64,000 nucleotides of DNA from Neocallimastix sp. 'constans' (GCA_050613775.1 JBODTK010000140.1:372001-436000); one strand, 5' to 3'. Positions 22,876 to 36,508 are shown, numbered from the stretch's first letter. Notes: generated from the letters alone by a model not told the origin. Made by a program: numbers and translations.

Positions 22876-24015
22876 ATGTTCGCTCTTAAGCCAACTACTT
22901 CATTAGTTTCAAAGTCTCTTCTTCCAAAATCTGGCTTATTAGCAGCCAGATCTCTTTCTTCAACTCCAATTGTCGCTAGAAATGTTATGGTATATATGAA
23001 AATGTTTATTTAATTTTAATAATATAATAATTTAATAATATATAAAAATTTAAAGTTTGTAATTTAGTAAAGTTTAAATATATATAATATAGTTCAAATT
23101 ATATTTTACCCCACAAAATTTATAAATAATTAATGGATAAAAATTAATAAACAAACAAAAAAAAAATATTTATGTTAGTAATATCAAGAATAAATGTAGA
23201 TTTTTAAAAAATTATTTTTTAAAAATAATTTAATATTATAAGATCTAATTAAATAACTTAATTTTTTTATCTAAAATAATAATTAGCCAAGAACTGATGC
23301 TAAACCATCTAACACTGCTCCATTCAAGGTGAATAAATGATTTTTTTTTTTTTTTTGAAATTATTAAAATGTTTTATAAAAATATTGAAATAATTTTATT
23401 TATTAAAATAAATATCTATTATTTGGTTATTTAAAGTTTACCCCAGAAAACTTAAAAAGAGCTGAAGAACTTTTAAAGAAATATCCAGATGATTTTAAAA
23501 GAGGTGCTACTATTCCACTTTTAGATATTGCTCAACGTCAACATGGTTGGTGTAGTGTTCCAGTTATGAATGCTGTAGCTGAATATCTTAATATTCCACC
23601 ACTTAGAGTTTATGAAGTAGCTACTTTCTATACTATGTTCCACAGAGAACCAAGAGGAAAGTACCTTTTACAAGTTTGTACTACTACACCATGTCAAGTT
23701 TGTGGTTCTGACAATATTGTTAATACTATTAAGAAAGAATTAGGTATTAATGTTGGTGAAACTACCCCAGATGGTATGTTCACTTTAATTGAAGTTGAAT
23801 GTGCTGGTGCTTGTGTTAATGCTCCAGTTATGTCCATTAATGATGATTACTATGAAGATTTAACCCCATCAAGCACTAAGAAGATTCTTAAACAATTACG
23901 TAAGGGAATTGTTCCAAAGAGAGGTTCTCAAACCCGTCATTCATGTGAACCAAAGACTGGATTAACTGCTTTAACTTCTGAACCAACTGGTCCTCGCTGT
24001 CGTTCAGATCTCTAA
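22876..24015 (+). CDS. nuoE: NADH dehydrogenase 24-kDa 2Fe-2S subunit (NuoE/NDUFV2 family) with N-terminal organellar targeting peptide; exons 22876-22989, 23287-23328, 23437-24015 (~244 aa)
   Basis: Motifs [27 protein letters not shown] and 2Fe-2S ligands CTTTPC...CAGAC. Exon 1 ([35 protein letters not shown]) is Ser/Leu/basic-rich with no acidic residues. GT-AG introns, phase 0. Confidence 0.93.
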
Positions 24016-24310
24016 ATGCATTAGAATTTTACTGAAATATTATCTTTATATATATTTTCATATTATTTTTTAATATTCCAATTTTTTTCTTTTTTTTTTT
24101 AGAGGAGTTTCTGAGAAACATTTTTTTAAAAATAAAATTAATGAAAATATTAAGTAAATAAATAAGTTAATATAAAATTAAAAAAAAAAAAAAAAAAAAA
24201 AGAAAGTAATATTCATAATAAGAAGCCATTTTTACATATCATAACTTTTTTTTTTTTTAATAATTTAAAAAATTGTAATAAAAATAAAATATATATATAT
24301 ATACATATTG

Positions 24311-24354
<44 letters not shown>

Positions 24355-24564
24355 AGCAAAAAAAATTAGCAAAAAAAAGAGGAAGAAAAAAATTATGGAT
24401 TTTAATTATTTATTAATAAATATTACTGATCAAATAAAATTTTATAAATAAAAAATAAAGAATAAAGAATAAGTAAAATATATAATAATTAATTAATTAA
24501 AAAATAAAAAAATAAAAAATAAAATAAAAATAAAAATAAATATAAATAAGTGATTAGTAATAAT

Positions 24565-24601
<37 letters not shown>

Positions 24602-24642
24602 AAATATAATTAATAAATAATGTTATTAATAAAGTAATACAG

Positions 24643-24690
<48 letters not shown>

Positions 24691-24879
24691 GGAAGAAAAA
24701 AAAAAAGGATTAAATATAGATTTTTTTTAAATGGAAATACAAAAATGAATAAAAATAAAATAAAAATAAAAAATAAAAATGAAAATAAAATAAAATAAAA
24801 TGGAATGAACTGAAATGGAATGGAAGAAAAATAAGGAAAATAGAATGCTGTATTTATTTGTTAATGTTTTATATATATA

Positions 24880-26735
24880 TATGATTCTGTTCCAATAGGT
24901 AATATTTTATATAAATTAGATTCTTTAGGTATTAGAGGTAAATGTTATCAATTTATAAAAAATCTATATTTGACTTCCAAAGCCAGTGTTAAAATTGATG
25001 ATCAATATTCGGAATCTTTCATATTATGAAAGGTGTTAGACAAGGTTGTCCACTATCACCAATTCTTTTCAATCTATTTATTAATGACATTTTTAAAAAT
25101 TTTTCAGAACTTGGAATTCCTTTAGGCGAATCTAGATGTTGTGGTGGACTCTTTGCAGATGATATTGTTCTATGCGCACCGTCAAGAACTAAGTTAAAAA
25201 AAATGCTTAAGAAGGTAAACGAATGGGCTAAATTTAATATGATGAATTTTGGAATTAACAAGTGAGCAACGATGGTGATTCGACCAGACACACCCACACC
25301 TCTTTTTCAAAATAAAAGAGATCCTACTTTTTATCTTGCTGGTCAACCAATCCCAATAACTAAAATGTTATACCTATTTAGGTATACCATTTGATAAAAG
25401 CTTATCGTTGAACCCTATTATTAAATTACTAAACTCTAAAGTTACTAAAGTTCTCTTTTCTGTAAGTAAATTTCTTTCAAATTCCAAAATTCCTATTCCA
25501 TTTAAGAAGATTATAATTGACTCCTATGTACTTAGTAAAGTCTCTTACTTTGCACCTTTACTTGGTTCAAATAAAGCGAGAACAAATAATACTCAGAAAT
25601 TAATTAATAAAGAATTAAGATGGATTGCAGGTTTACAAAAAGCCAAATCTTTTATTAATGTATATTCTATATCAAAAGATTTAAATATTCCTCCATTGTC
25701 AGCTAAGTGTACTTTGTCTCAAGTCAAATGTTTTGATAAATGGAAAGATTCAAATTGTACTATTTCCTATTTAGTTAATAATATTCCAAAATCAAGAAAA
25801 TATATGTGGATGAAAGAAAGCAGAACTCTTAAACGTAAACTAGAGAAAAGAGGTAATAATGATAATAAAATCAAGGATTTTTATTGGAAAAGAGATATGA
25901 AAATCAATTCTATTAAAGCTGAATTTTATGAAAAAAAACAGATTCGAGGAAACATCAAATTTTATAAAACTTTGTTATGTGCAAAAATAATAGATCAAAT
26001 GTGTCCTAATTTTTGTCCCTGTTGTAAAAGTAATAAACAATGGTTAAGGCATTGGTTAATTGATTGTCCCTTTTTTTTCAATCATATTCGTAGTAAAGTT
26101 AATGATAAATTTTTATTTTTATATAATGCTTTTAACCGTGGCAACCTAACAAATGATATTGTTAATAGTAATAATGATAATAGCAACAGTAATAATAGTA
26201 ATAGTAATAATAGTTATAGTAATATTAGTAATAGTATTATTAATAATGTTAGTAATAGTATTGAAAATAATGTGTATGTTGATTCTAGTGTGTGTAAAAA
26301 AGTGTTTAATTTCCTTCTTGGAGGTCGAAGTATTAATAGCAGTACAAGGGAATGGAAGGATCTATTTAAGTGCCAGATAAAATCAGGTGCTTATCCTGAT
26401 ACTCCATTCTTGGTGGTTACTGCGGCACTTCTTCAATTGATTATACCTATTGCTATTGGCCAGCAATGGTCTTTGTTCAATAGGTTCAAATTGAATCGTA
26501 CTACTACCAAGAACGTCAATGCTGAAGAAACAGTAAGGCAGGCCAGCAGGGCTAGCGCAATCAACGAATGATAGTTTTTATTCACATGAAGTTATCATTG
26601 ATGAAAGAAGTCATTTCTTCCTTGAAATTAATAATATAGTTTTTTAATATTATATAAAAAAAAATTCAAGTATTTTATTTTCATGTATTTTTTTTTTTTT
26701 TATTTTAATAAATATTATTAAATAAAGTTTATTCC

Positions 26736-26774
<39 letters not shown>
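24880..26774 (+). mobile_element. 5'-truncated, degraded non-LTR retrotransposon (LINE): RT C-terminal half, Cys/His motif, 3' UTR, poly-A
   Basis: YDSVP...KGVRQGCPLSPILFNLFIND...LFADD RT motifs and CPCCKSNKQWLRHWLIDC, with internal stops and frameshifts. AATAAA then an A-tail at 26742-26774. Begins at an (AT)n run; no TSD seen. Confidence 0.9.
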
Positions 26775-26776
<2 letters not shown>

Positions 26777-27555
26777 CTATTGCCTTTATTGCCTTATTCA
26801 ATAAATTAATAATTTCCTAATAATATTACTCTTAAGGTTTAAAAAAAGAGTTTAATGGACCACCACATTAACATTTTTTCTAGAAGTTACCCTTTTTTTT
26901 TTATAAGAGTAACACACAAAAAAAATAAAAAAAAAAAAAAAAAATAAAAAAAAAAAAAAAAAATTAGAAATTGAATTTCAGTATTTATTATTTATAAATA
27001 TCATAATTAACCATTAAAATTTTTTCATTTTAATCAATTTATTATTAATTATATATTTTTTAATCTAACCTTTTTTTTAATTTATTTTATTTTTATTTTA
27101 TTTATTTTATTTTCATTTAAATTTCATCTATTCTTCGTTATAAAGTTCAAAAATTATCATTAAATTCAGAAATTAACAAATTGTTATAAATATTGATTAA
27201 AAAGTATTAAAATAAAATATAAGAAATAAATAAATTAAAGTTCCTAATTTTAATTAAAGTATTAGCAATTATTTTTATAAACTTGTGATTAAATTTATTA
27301 GCAATTTTTTGGGGGTGTGTCATTTCGAAAATTTTTATTACATAAATTTGTATTTTGTTGTAGTGTATTTCGGAAAACATGGCGTATTATAATGTGATAA
27401 ATAAATAAATGAATAAATAAAATTTTAAATAATAATAAAAATAATTAAGACAAACGTTTATTATGACTAAAAAAACCTTTTTTAGAAAATTAAATAAATA
27501 TATATATATATATATATAATTACTACATTAATACCTTGTTTATATTATCAACAGA

Positions 27556-28372
27556 AAATACAGATTGAATAAAATAAAATAAAATAAAATAAAATAAAAT
27601 AAAATAAAATAAAATAAAATAAAACAAAATAAAATAAATATTTAATGTAATAATATAAAAGTTCAAGTATATAAAATAAAATAAAATAAAATAAAATAAA
27701 ATAAAATAAAATAAAATAAAATAAAAAGTAGAATATTAAATAAAAAAGTACAGATTGAATAAAATAAAATAAAATAAAATAAAATAAATAAAATAAAATA
27801 AAAAGTAGAATATTAAATAAAAAAGTACAGATTGAATAAAATAAAATAAAATAAAATAAAATAAAATAAAATAAAATAAAATAAAATAAAATAAAATAAA
27901 ATAAAATAAATAAAATAAAATAAAAAGTAGAATATTAAATAAGAAAGTACAGATTGAATAAAATAAAATAAAATAAAATAAAATAAATAAAATAAAAAGT
28001 AGAATATTAAATAAGAAAGTACAGATTGAATAAAATAAAATAAAATAAAATAAAATAAAATAAAATAAAATAAAATAAAATAAAATAAATAAAATAAAAT
28101 AAAAAGTAGAATATTAAATAAGAAAGTACAGATTGAATAAAATAAAATAAAATAAAATAAAATAAAATAAAATAAAATAAAATAAAATAAAATAAAATAA
28201 AATAAAATAAAATAAAATAAAATAAAATAAAATAAAATAAAATAAAATAAAATAAAATAAAATAAAATAAATAAAATAAAATAAAAAGTAGAATATTAAA
28301 TAAGAAAGTACAGATTGAATAAAATAAAATAAAATAAAATAAAATAAAATAAAATAAAATAAAATAAAATAA
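27556..28372 (+). repeat. Composite satellite: six ~35-bp cores (aagtagaatattaaataa(a/g)aaagtacagattgaat) separated by variable (TAAAA)n tracts
   Basis: Cores at about 27726, 27803, 27925, 27997, 28105 and 28286, plus a partial core near 27557. Confidence 0.92.
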
Positions 28373-29204
28373 AAAAAATATAATAAAAAAAATACAATAA
28401 AAAAAAATATAATAATTATTTTATATATATAGGAATCTTATATATTTTAATTTTTTTCATTTATTTTTCTAAAAAAAAAAAAAATTAGTTATAATAACGT
28501 TTGTCTTTTAATTATTATATTTTATTATAGTAAATAAAAAAATTTAAATGAAAAGTAAATAATTTTAATTATTTATAATTCATATTTTCATAAACGATAT
28601 ATATATATATATATTAATTTAAATGATATAAGAATTAAAAATTAAAACAATAAGAGTTGAATAATTGATCCTATTAAAATAATTAATTATTTGCATAGTA
28701 ATATTTATAATGTTTGATCAATATGAATCAATTATTATTAAAATATAATAATAACAATTATAATTTTAATAAAATAATAAAAATCTTTTATTGAATTTAA
28801 TATTTTTAATAACATAATTAATTTTGAAAAGTATATTGATATTAATAAAATTTATAATATAATATTGATATTGATATTAATAAAATTTATAATAATATAA
28901 ATAATATAATATTGATATTGATATTAATAAAATTTATAATTATATAATATTGATATTGATATTAATAAAATTTTAACTAGTATCAAATAAATCGGTTTTA
29001 GTTATAAATTACTTAATAAAAATAACTAAAAGATAATTTCTATTAAGATTATTAAATAAACACAATAGGTAAATAAATTTGTATTTTTCTAGCATTTTTT
29101 TAAATTAAGATTATTTAATTATTATTTAAACGATTATAAATATAAATTTAAAATAAATAAATTTTTATTTTTCTAGCATTTTTTTAAATTAAGATTATTT
29201 ATTT

Positions 29205-30636
29205 TAAATTAATATTTATATCGTTTAAATCAATTAAACATTCTTTCCATAATTTAATTAATTCATTTCTGTTGCATCCCATTATAAAATAAATTTATTT
29301 CCTTACTTTTGTAATTTTCAATTAAAATTTTAATTTCATCAGTTGCACTAAATATTTTTTGCTTTTTTTTTCAATTTCCTTTAGTTCTCCTTTGATAATC
29401 ATTATAAGATAAGTTTTCTTCTTCTTTTAATATATATATTAATTTATAAAATAAAGGTTTATTTGGAAATATATTATTTAAGTAGCTATTATAAGATTCT
29501 GATGCATTGTTTGTTAAATGCTCTATATTTTCATAATAATTCCAATTATTAACATTATACTTAAGTAAATAATTTTTATTAAAATATTCTAAAAATTGCA
29601 GAAAATTATTATACTTTTTTTTTTTGACAAATTCTTTTTATTATAATATAAATATCAAATATATAGTTAGGGTTTATAAACGGTAAGTTCGAAATAGCTT
29701 TATAATAAATATATACATCATTATTATTCTTCACTTCATGATAACATAATATATTTTTTTGTTTTTCTAATGATCTTTTGTAATGCCAAACACAATATTT
29801 AATATTTATATTGGGAAAAACTTTTTTTGCGGCATTAGATATACCTTGTTCAAAATCACAATGAAAATTAATTGTAGTAATTAATATATTACTCCTAGAT
29901 TTATTTGCATTTTTTTTTATTTCTTTAAATAATGTTTCATATGTAGATTGTTTTTTATTTTTTAATATAGAAATGGAAGTAGTGTAAAACATATTAAATT
30001 CCCCAACATAAGTTCTTGTTATAAATAACTGATAACTAAATTTCGGTGATGCATAAAATGTACCGTCCGCAAATATATTTTTATGATAATTCGAAAATAA
30101 ATATGCTTGGAATGGTGATTGAAAGATTATTAGATTAGTATTTTTAAATATCATAAAATTTTCATTTCTTTTAGTTTTATGATATTCTGATTCAATGGGA
30201 ATATCATCAAAACTTTTTATGTTTGGAGGAAATTGTTTATTTATATTTCTTATTATTTGGGATCAATTGTACTATATTCGGGACATATAAGTCCTATTTC
30301 TTGGGAAACGGCATTAAATATATGTTTAGGTTTTATATCCATAGGAATTGAATTTTTCTTAATTTCTTCCTTAATTTTATGCTTTGCTACTGATATAGAC
30401 ACATCAATTTCTTTTTTGAGATGGTTATGTAAACTTTCATATTTTAAAACCTCCTTTTTATCATTTAAAATAATTAAAGATTTACATTTATTTAAAGTCT
30501 TATATTCAGTGCATCTATAAATTTTTGATTTATCTTTCCTTTGAAATGAAAAATTAAATTTGTGTTTTTTATTAATAATAATTTGTTCATTTCCTCGATT
30601 TGTTTCACTTATTTCAATTTCTATATTGTCTTCCAT
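29205..30636 (-). pseudogene. MULE transposase pseudogene (family A copy 1)
   Basis: ORF pieces MEDNIEIEISETNRG..., IFADGTF, HCDFE, YCVWHY, TNNASESYN. Frameshifts near 30262, 29615-29625 and 29278, and a TGA near 29371. Confidence 0.9.
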
Positions 30637-31808
30637 TAATAATTAAAATTTTTCAATAAAATATTTTAATAAATATACTTTTAAATGCTTTGAAACTTTT
30701 TTTTTTTTTTTAATATTTAAAATAATAAACCTTTTTTTTAATTAATTATATAATTATTTAAATAATTATTTAATTATTTAATTATTAATTATTTATTATT
30801 TCTTTATTTACTATTTTATTTATTTATTTTTATTTTTATTTTTTATTTTTTATTTTTTATTTTATTTTATTTTTTTTATTTTTTAATGCTTAAAAATTAA
30901 ATTTTTATTTATTTTTATTTTATTTTTAAATGCTTAAAAAGGGTGTGGGGCATTTCGCCAAGTTGCTTTTCGCCAATTTTTTTGAAAGCATGTGGCGTAT
31001 TAAAAAAATGTGGCATTTCGCCAAGTTGCTTTTCGCCAAATTGAGAATTATTAAATAAATAAATAAATAAATAAAATTAAATATTTTTAATATTGATGTA
31101 TTTATAATTATGAAGTAAATATTTAAATATTAAAAAAAAAATTTTTTCATATATAAATAGCTTTACAAATATCTGTTTAAATAAATAATAAATTGATAAA
31201 TAATAAATAAAAAAAAAAAATAATAATAAAATAAACAATATAGTAATATAATTAATAAAAAAAATAATATAAACACTATTGCTATAATTATAAAAGGATT
31301 GTCATTAATAATAATAATGACGATTAAATTATAAATAATATTATTATTATTAACAAATATATATATAAATGAATTAATAAAAATAATATTTACCTACTTA
31401 AGAAAAATGTTAAAAAGTTTTTCATATAATATTTTATAAATTAATAATAAATAATATATAATAAATAATAAATAAATAATATAAACTGTAGCAATAATTA
31501 CAGAAACATCAATAATAATATTTTTATAATAATGATGAAAATTATAATAGTTATTAAATATAAAAATAAATATAAAATTATAATATAAAAATTTTTATAC
31601 TTTATATAATAAAAAATATAATAAACTTATAAATACTTTATATTTATCCAGTTACACTAAAAAAAGGAATTATTTAAAATATAGAAGAATTAAAAAATAA
31701 TATTTGAATAATTAATCTTCATTTAAAGTATATATAATTAAAAATATATATTATTAAAATTAATCATTAGAATATTTAATTAGAAACTTTTATTAAAAAA
31801 AAAAAAAA

Positions 31809-33236
31809 ATGGAGAAAAATCTAGAAATTGAAATAAGCAAAACTAATAGAGGAAAAGAACAAATTATTTCAAACAGAAAATATAAGTTTAATCTTTCATC
31901 CAAAAGGAAACACAATTCAAAAAAATATAAATGTACAGAATATAAAACATTAAATCAATGTCCATCTTTCATTATTTTAAATAATGAGAATCAAATCTTA
32001 GAATATGATGACTCACATTATCATCTTGAAAATAAATTTGGAGCAGCTAAATCAATTGTAAAAAATAAAATTAAAGATGAAATTTCAAAAAGTTCAATTC
32101 CTTTTAATGTAAATATAAAACGTACATATGATGAAATTTCTCAAGGTATGGGTCTTATATGTCCAGGATATAATTCAATTAAATCCCAAGTAACAAGAAG
32201 TAGAAGAAAACAACTACCTCCTGATATAACATCATTTGATGAAATTCCCAATGAATCAAAATATTATAAAACAAAAAGGGATGAAAATTTTATGATATTC
32301 AAAAATAATGATTTAATTGTTTTTCAATCTCCATTCCAAGCAGAATTATTTTCTAAAAATAAACATATTTTTGCGGATGGCACATTTTATATTGCACCTA
32401 TATTTAGTTATCAAGTATTCATAACTAGAACCTATGTTACAGAATTAAATTGTTTTTACACTACTTCCTTTTCTATATTAAAAAATAAAAAGCAAACAAC
32501 TTATGAAATATTATTTGAAGAAATAAAAAAAAATTCTAGTAAATATAATAGTATTGAAATTACACCAAAAATATTTCATTGCGATTTTGAAAAAGCTGTA
32601 TCTAATGCTGCACAAAAAGTTTTTATTAATGCAAATATTAAATACTGTATATGGCATTTTAAAAGAGCATTAGAAATTAAAAAAAAAGAATTATGTGGTG
32701 ATAAAGTAGAAAAAATAAAAGATTTATATATTTATTATAATAATATCTCGAACTTTCCTTTCATTAATCCTGAATATATATATGATATATATAGTAAAAT
32801 AAAAAGTGAGTGCCAAGAACATAATTATGTTCAATTTTTAGAATTTTTAGAATATTTTAAAAAAACTTATTTAATTAACTATGAAACTGAAAATTGGAAC
32901 TATTATGATAATATTGAGCATATTACAAATAATGTTTCAGAAACTTTTAATAAATACTTAAAAAAATTATTTGCAAAAAAACCAACTTTTTTTCAATTAC
33001 TATCAGAATCGCAAAAAGAAGAATCAAAATATTACATTGATTACGAAAGGAGAACTGCTGGAATTTTAAGAAATAAAAAACAAAAAAAATTAATAAGAAC
33101 TGAGGAAATTAAAGCTTTGGTTAAATATTACAAAAATATGGAAATTCTATTAAAAAAAAAGGAAAGTGTTAGAAATGATTTCATTGACTTATGGTTGAAA
33201 TGCTTAAATGATTTAAATATAAAAATTATTGATTAA
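31809..33236 (+). CDS. MULE (Mutator-like) DDE transposase, 475 aa
   Basis: N-terminal FLYWCH-like C..C..HxH, then ADGTF, HCDFE, CIWH (CxxH) and TNNVSE, all in one frame. Confidence 0.9.
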   Translation: MEKNLEIEISKTNRGKEQIISNRKYKFNLSSKRKHNSKKYKCTEYKTLNQCPSFIILNNENQILEYDDSHYHLENKFGAAKSIVKNKIKDEISKSSIPFNVNIKRTYDEISQGMGLICPGYNSIKSQVTRSRRKQLPPDITSFDEIPNESKYYKTKRDENFMIFKNNDLIVFQSPFQAELFSKNKHIFADGTFYIAPIFSYQVFITRTYVTELNCFYTTSFSILKNKKQTTYEILFEEIKKNSSKYNSIEITPKIFHCDFEKAVSNAAQKVFINANIKYCIWHFKRALEIKKKELCGDKVEKIKDLYIYYNNISNFPFINPEYIYDIYSKIKSECQEHNYVQFLEFLEYFKKTYLINYETENWNYYDNIEHITNNVSETFNKYLKKLFAKKPTFFQLLSESQKEESKYYIDYERRTAGILRNKKQKKLIRTEEIKALVKYYKNMEILLKKKESVRNDFIDLWLKCLNDLNIKIID

Positions 33237-33293
33237 ATAATAAATTATTAAGAAATGACAGAAAATTGACCAAATGAATTCTGTCATATATAG

Positions 33294-33915
33294 TAATAAT
33301 TTTTTAATAGTAAAAATTATTTTAAAAAGAGAATAAATGAATAAATACAATAATTATTAAAGTATTTTTAATCTTTATTAGATTAGGTTAGCTTAAAAAC
33401 ATTAAAATATATTTTTATGATAAAATATTATTATTTTAAAAATATATTTTTATAATTAAATTATTGCTATAATATTATTTTTTTACAAAATATTAAAATA
33501 TATCTTTATAATTAAATTTATTTTTATAATTAAATATTTTAAATAATTATTTTATTACTATTTTACAAAATATTAAAATATATCTTTATAATTAAATATT
33601 ATAAATTATTATTTTATTACTATTTTACGAAATATTAAAATATATAATAATAATTTTTTTAATAGTAAAAATTATTTTAAAAAGAGAATAAATGAATAAA
33701 TACAATAATTATTAAAGTATTTTTAATCTTTATTAGATTAGGTTAGCTTAAGAACATTAAAATATATTTTTATGATAAAATATTATTATTTTAAAAATAT
33801 ATTTTTATAATTAAAGTATTGCTATAATATTATTTTTTTACAAAATATTAAAATATATCTTTATAATTAAATTTATTTTTATAATTAAATATTATTAATA
33901 ATTATTTTATTTTAA
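33294..33915 (+). repeat. Tandem duplication (~355-bp offset) in the 3' subterminal region of MULE B
   Basis: taataattttttaatagtaaaaattattttaaaaagagaat...attagattaggttagcttaa starts at ~33294 and again at ~33648. Confidence 0.85.
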
Positions 33916-35698
33916 AAAATATCTATAATTAATTATAAAATATAATAAGAACAAGTTTAAAAAAATTATTTTGAATTTTTATTTATTTAAAAAAATTATT
34001 TTGAATTTTTATTTATTTATTCATTCATTTACTTATATCAATAAGCCATTTGTCGAAATGCAACTTGGGGAAATGCAACATTTTAATAATACGCCACTTG
34101 GCGAAATGCAACTCTCCCGCTTAAAAAATTTAATTTTTATTTATTTTTATTTTATTTTTCAATGCTTAAAAAAAAAGTTTTCTTATTTCTTATTTTTATT
34201 TTATTCTTCAATGTTTAAAAAAAAAGTTTTCTTATTTCTTATTTTTATTTTATTTTTCAATGTTTAAAAAAAAAGTTTTCTTATTTCTTATTTTTATTTT
34301 ATTTTTTAAGCATTAAAAAATAAAATGTTTATTTATTTTTTATTTTATTTTTCAATGTTAAATAGAAATACCTAACCTAATTATTATTTATTGAAGTGTT
34401 GTATTTCGCCAAAAGTTGAATTTCGTCCAGTTGAATTTTGAAAAATTTTTAGTGGCTTATAAATTTACGTCATAAAATATCACCACAATTATTATTCACG
34501 CCATATTATGAATATATAGCTTTTTAAAAATTGTAGAAAAAGCCACAAATTATGATACAATTATATATACGCCCCACGTAAGATTACGTGTTTGAAAATT
34601 TTTGAGAATTGTAATTTTATTTAATTAATTAATTATTCATTAAAATTTTAATAAAATTAAGTGGCTTAAAATTGAAAATGTTTAAGCCATACAACAAAAT
34701 ACAAATTTTTGTAATAAAAATTTTCGAAATGCACACTTCCCATTGAGAAATGCACAATATAGAAACGTACTAGATTCCTGAAGTACCATTTAACCCCTAA
34801 CCTTTCACGCAAATCCCAGAGGGAAAAATCGTGAAGATTTGATACTGACGGAGGTCGATCCAGAGACCTTTTTTTTTATTTTTTTCTTTTTGTAAACAAT
34901 TGTAAATAAATAAATAAAAATAGAATTAAATATAAATGGGCTAATTTTTTTTTTTTTTTTTTTTTTTTAATTTTAAACATTAAAAAATTTTCTCATAAAC
35001 ACATTTTTATAATAAAATAAAAAATAGATAAAAATTAATAAAAAATAAAATAAAATAAAATAAAATTAATAAATAATAAATTATAATATAAAAAATATTA
35101 AAATATTTTTTCTTTTTTTTTTAAAATGAAATATTATTAAATATTATTTTTTTATTATTATAATAAAGATAATAAAATATATCTTTAAAATTAAAAATTA
35201 TTAAATATTATTACTAATTATTATTATAAAAAAAAATATTAAATTACCTCTTTAAAATTAAATATATTATTGTAATGAAAAATGAAAAATATTATAATAT
35301 TTATTAAAAATTTAAATATTATTATTTATTTATCAAATATAATTTAAGGCATCCTTACATTAAAGGTTTTATTAAAGCACGCCGCATTTCATATATAGCC
35401 ACGTTCCAAAATTAATATATAAAATGAATAAAATAAGTATAAATAATTATGACCAAATAAAATCGATGGAATAAATAAAAAATATATATAATCAACACAA
35501 TACAACACCACATCCAAATTACTATAACAAAGGTTAGAAAAATACAAATTGATCATAAATGAATGTTATTAATAATAATTCTTTTATTTAAATGTTATTA
35601 AAAAAAAATAATTATAATGATAAAATTATTAATTATTCATTGTATTTGAATATTTATTTAAACTGTATAAATATAATAAGCTTTATAAATTAAATTTT

Positions 35699-36508
35699 GG
35701 GAGAGTTACATTTTCCCAAATTGCATTTCGCCAGGTTGCATTTCGACAAGTGGTGTATTGATATAAATAAATGAATAAATAAATATTAATTCAAAATAAT
35801 TTTCTTTAAAATTATTTTTATTCAATATTAACAATATTTAAGAAACCCACTCCCATTATGATTATTTAATTAAATAATTGTTAATAGAAATTATTTTTTA
35901 GCTGTTTTTTTATTGACTAAATTACATTTAAAATCATTCTATTTAGCTATAGTTATATATTTTGTTAATATCAACATTCAAATTATATAGTTACATATTT
36001 TATTAATATCAACATTCAAATTATATAGTTATAAATTTTGTTAATATATCAACTATGTAATTTTAATGTTGATATTAATAAAATATGTTAATATTAAAAT
36101 TATATCGTTATAAATTTTGTTATTATCAACATTAAAATTATATAGTTTAAGATTTTATTAACATCAATATCAATATAATTTATATATATTTTTTAGTAAT
36201 ATCAATACCAATATATATACTTCAAAAATTATTAATAGCAATACTAACGAATACTATTAAAAAAGTATTATCTTAAAAAAAAAAAAAAAAAAAAAAAAAC
36301 TTTCAAACATATATATTTTCAAACATATATATTTTCAAATATATAAGCAATTTTTTTTTTTTACAATAATATTTTATTAATAGTTCTATATATAAATGAT
36401 AATTATTCATTTTATAATAATTTTAAAAACTCTTTCATTAATTCCAAGTAATTCAAATGATATAAAATTAATTTGTAAATTATTTAATATTTATATTTTG
36501 GTAAATTA

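Larger units (their letters stand above)
30941..34118 (+). mobile_element. MULE DNA transposon, family B, apparently intact; 9-bp TSD GCTTAAAAA
   Basis: GCTTAAAAA at 30932-30940 and 34119-34127. Imperfect TIRs begin GGG and are built from repeated gcatttcgccaagt motifs. Single transposase ORF. Confidence 0.93.
27311..34741 (-). mobile_element. MULE DNA transposon, family A copy 1 (defective), interrupted by a nested family-B MULE
   Basis: ~52-bp imperfect TIRs (ggg..gtgt..catttcgaaaatttttattaca.aaatttgtattttgttgta) at 27311 and, inverted, ending at 34741. Internal sequence is near-identical to 42787-45900. No TSD found. Confidence 0.75.

Noticed and set aside
27726..28320. CRISPR-like array (conserved ~35-bp repeats with spacers)
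   Set aside because: The spacers are pure (TAAAA)n of very uneven length, there are no cas genes, and the context is eukaryotic. It is a satellite.
34790..34803. Telomerase RNA template or interstitial telomere (taacccctaacc)
   Set aside because: Fewer than two repeat units, and similar cctaacctaa motifs occur in the adjacent MULE subterminal DNA.
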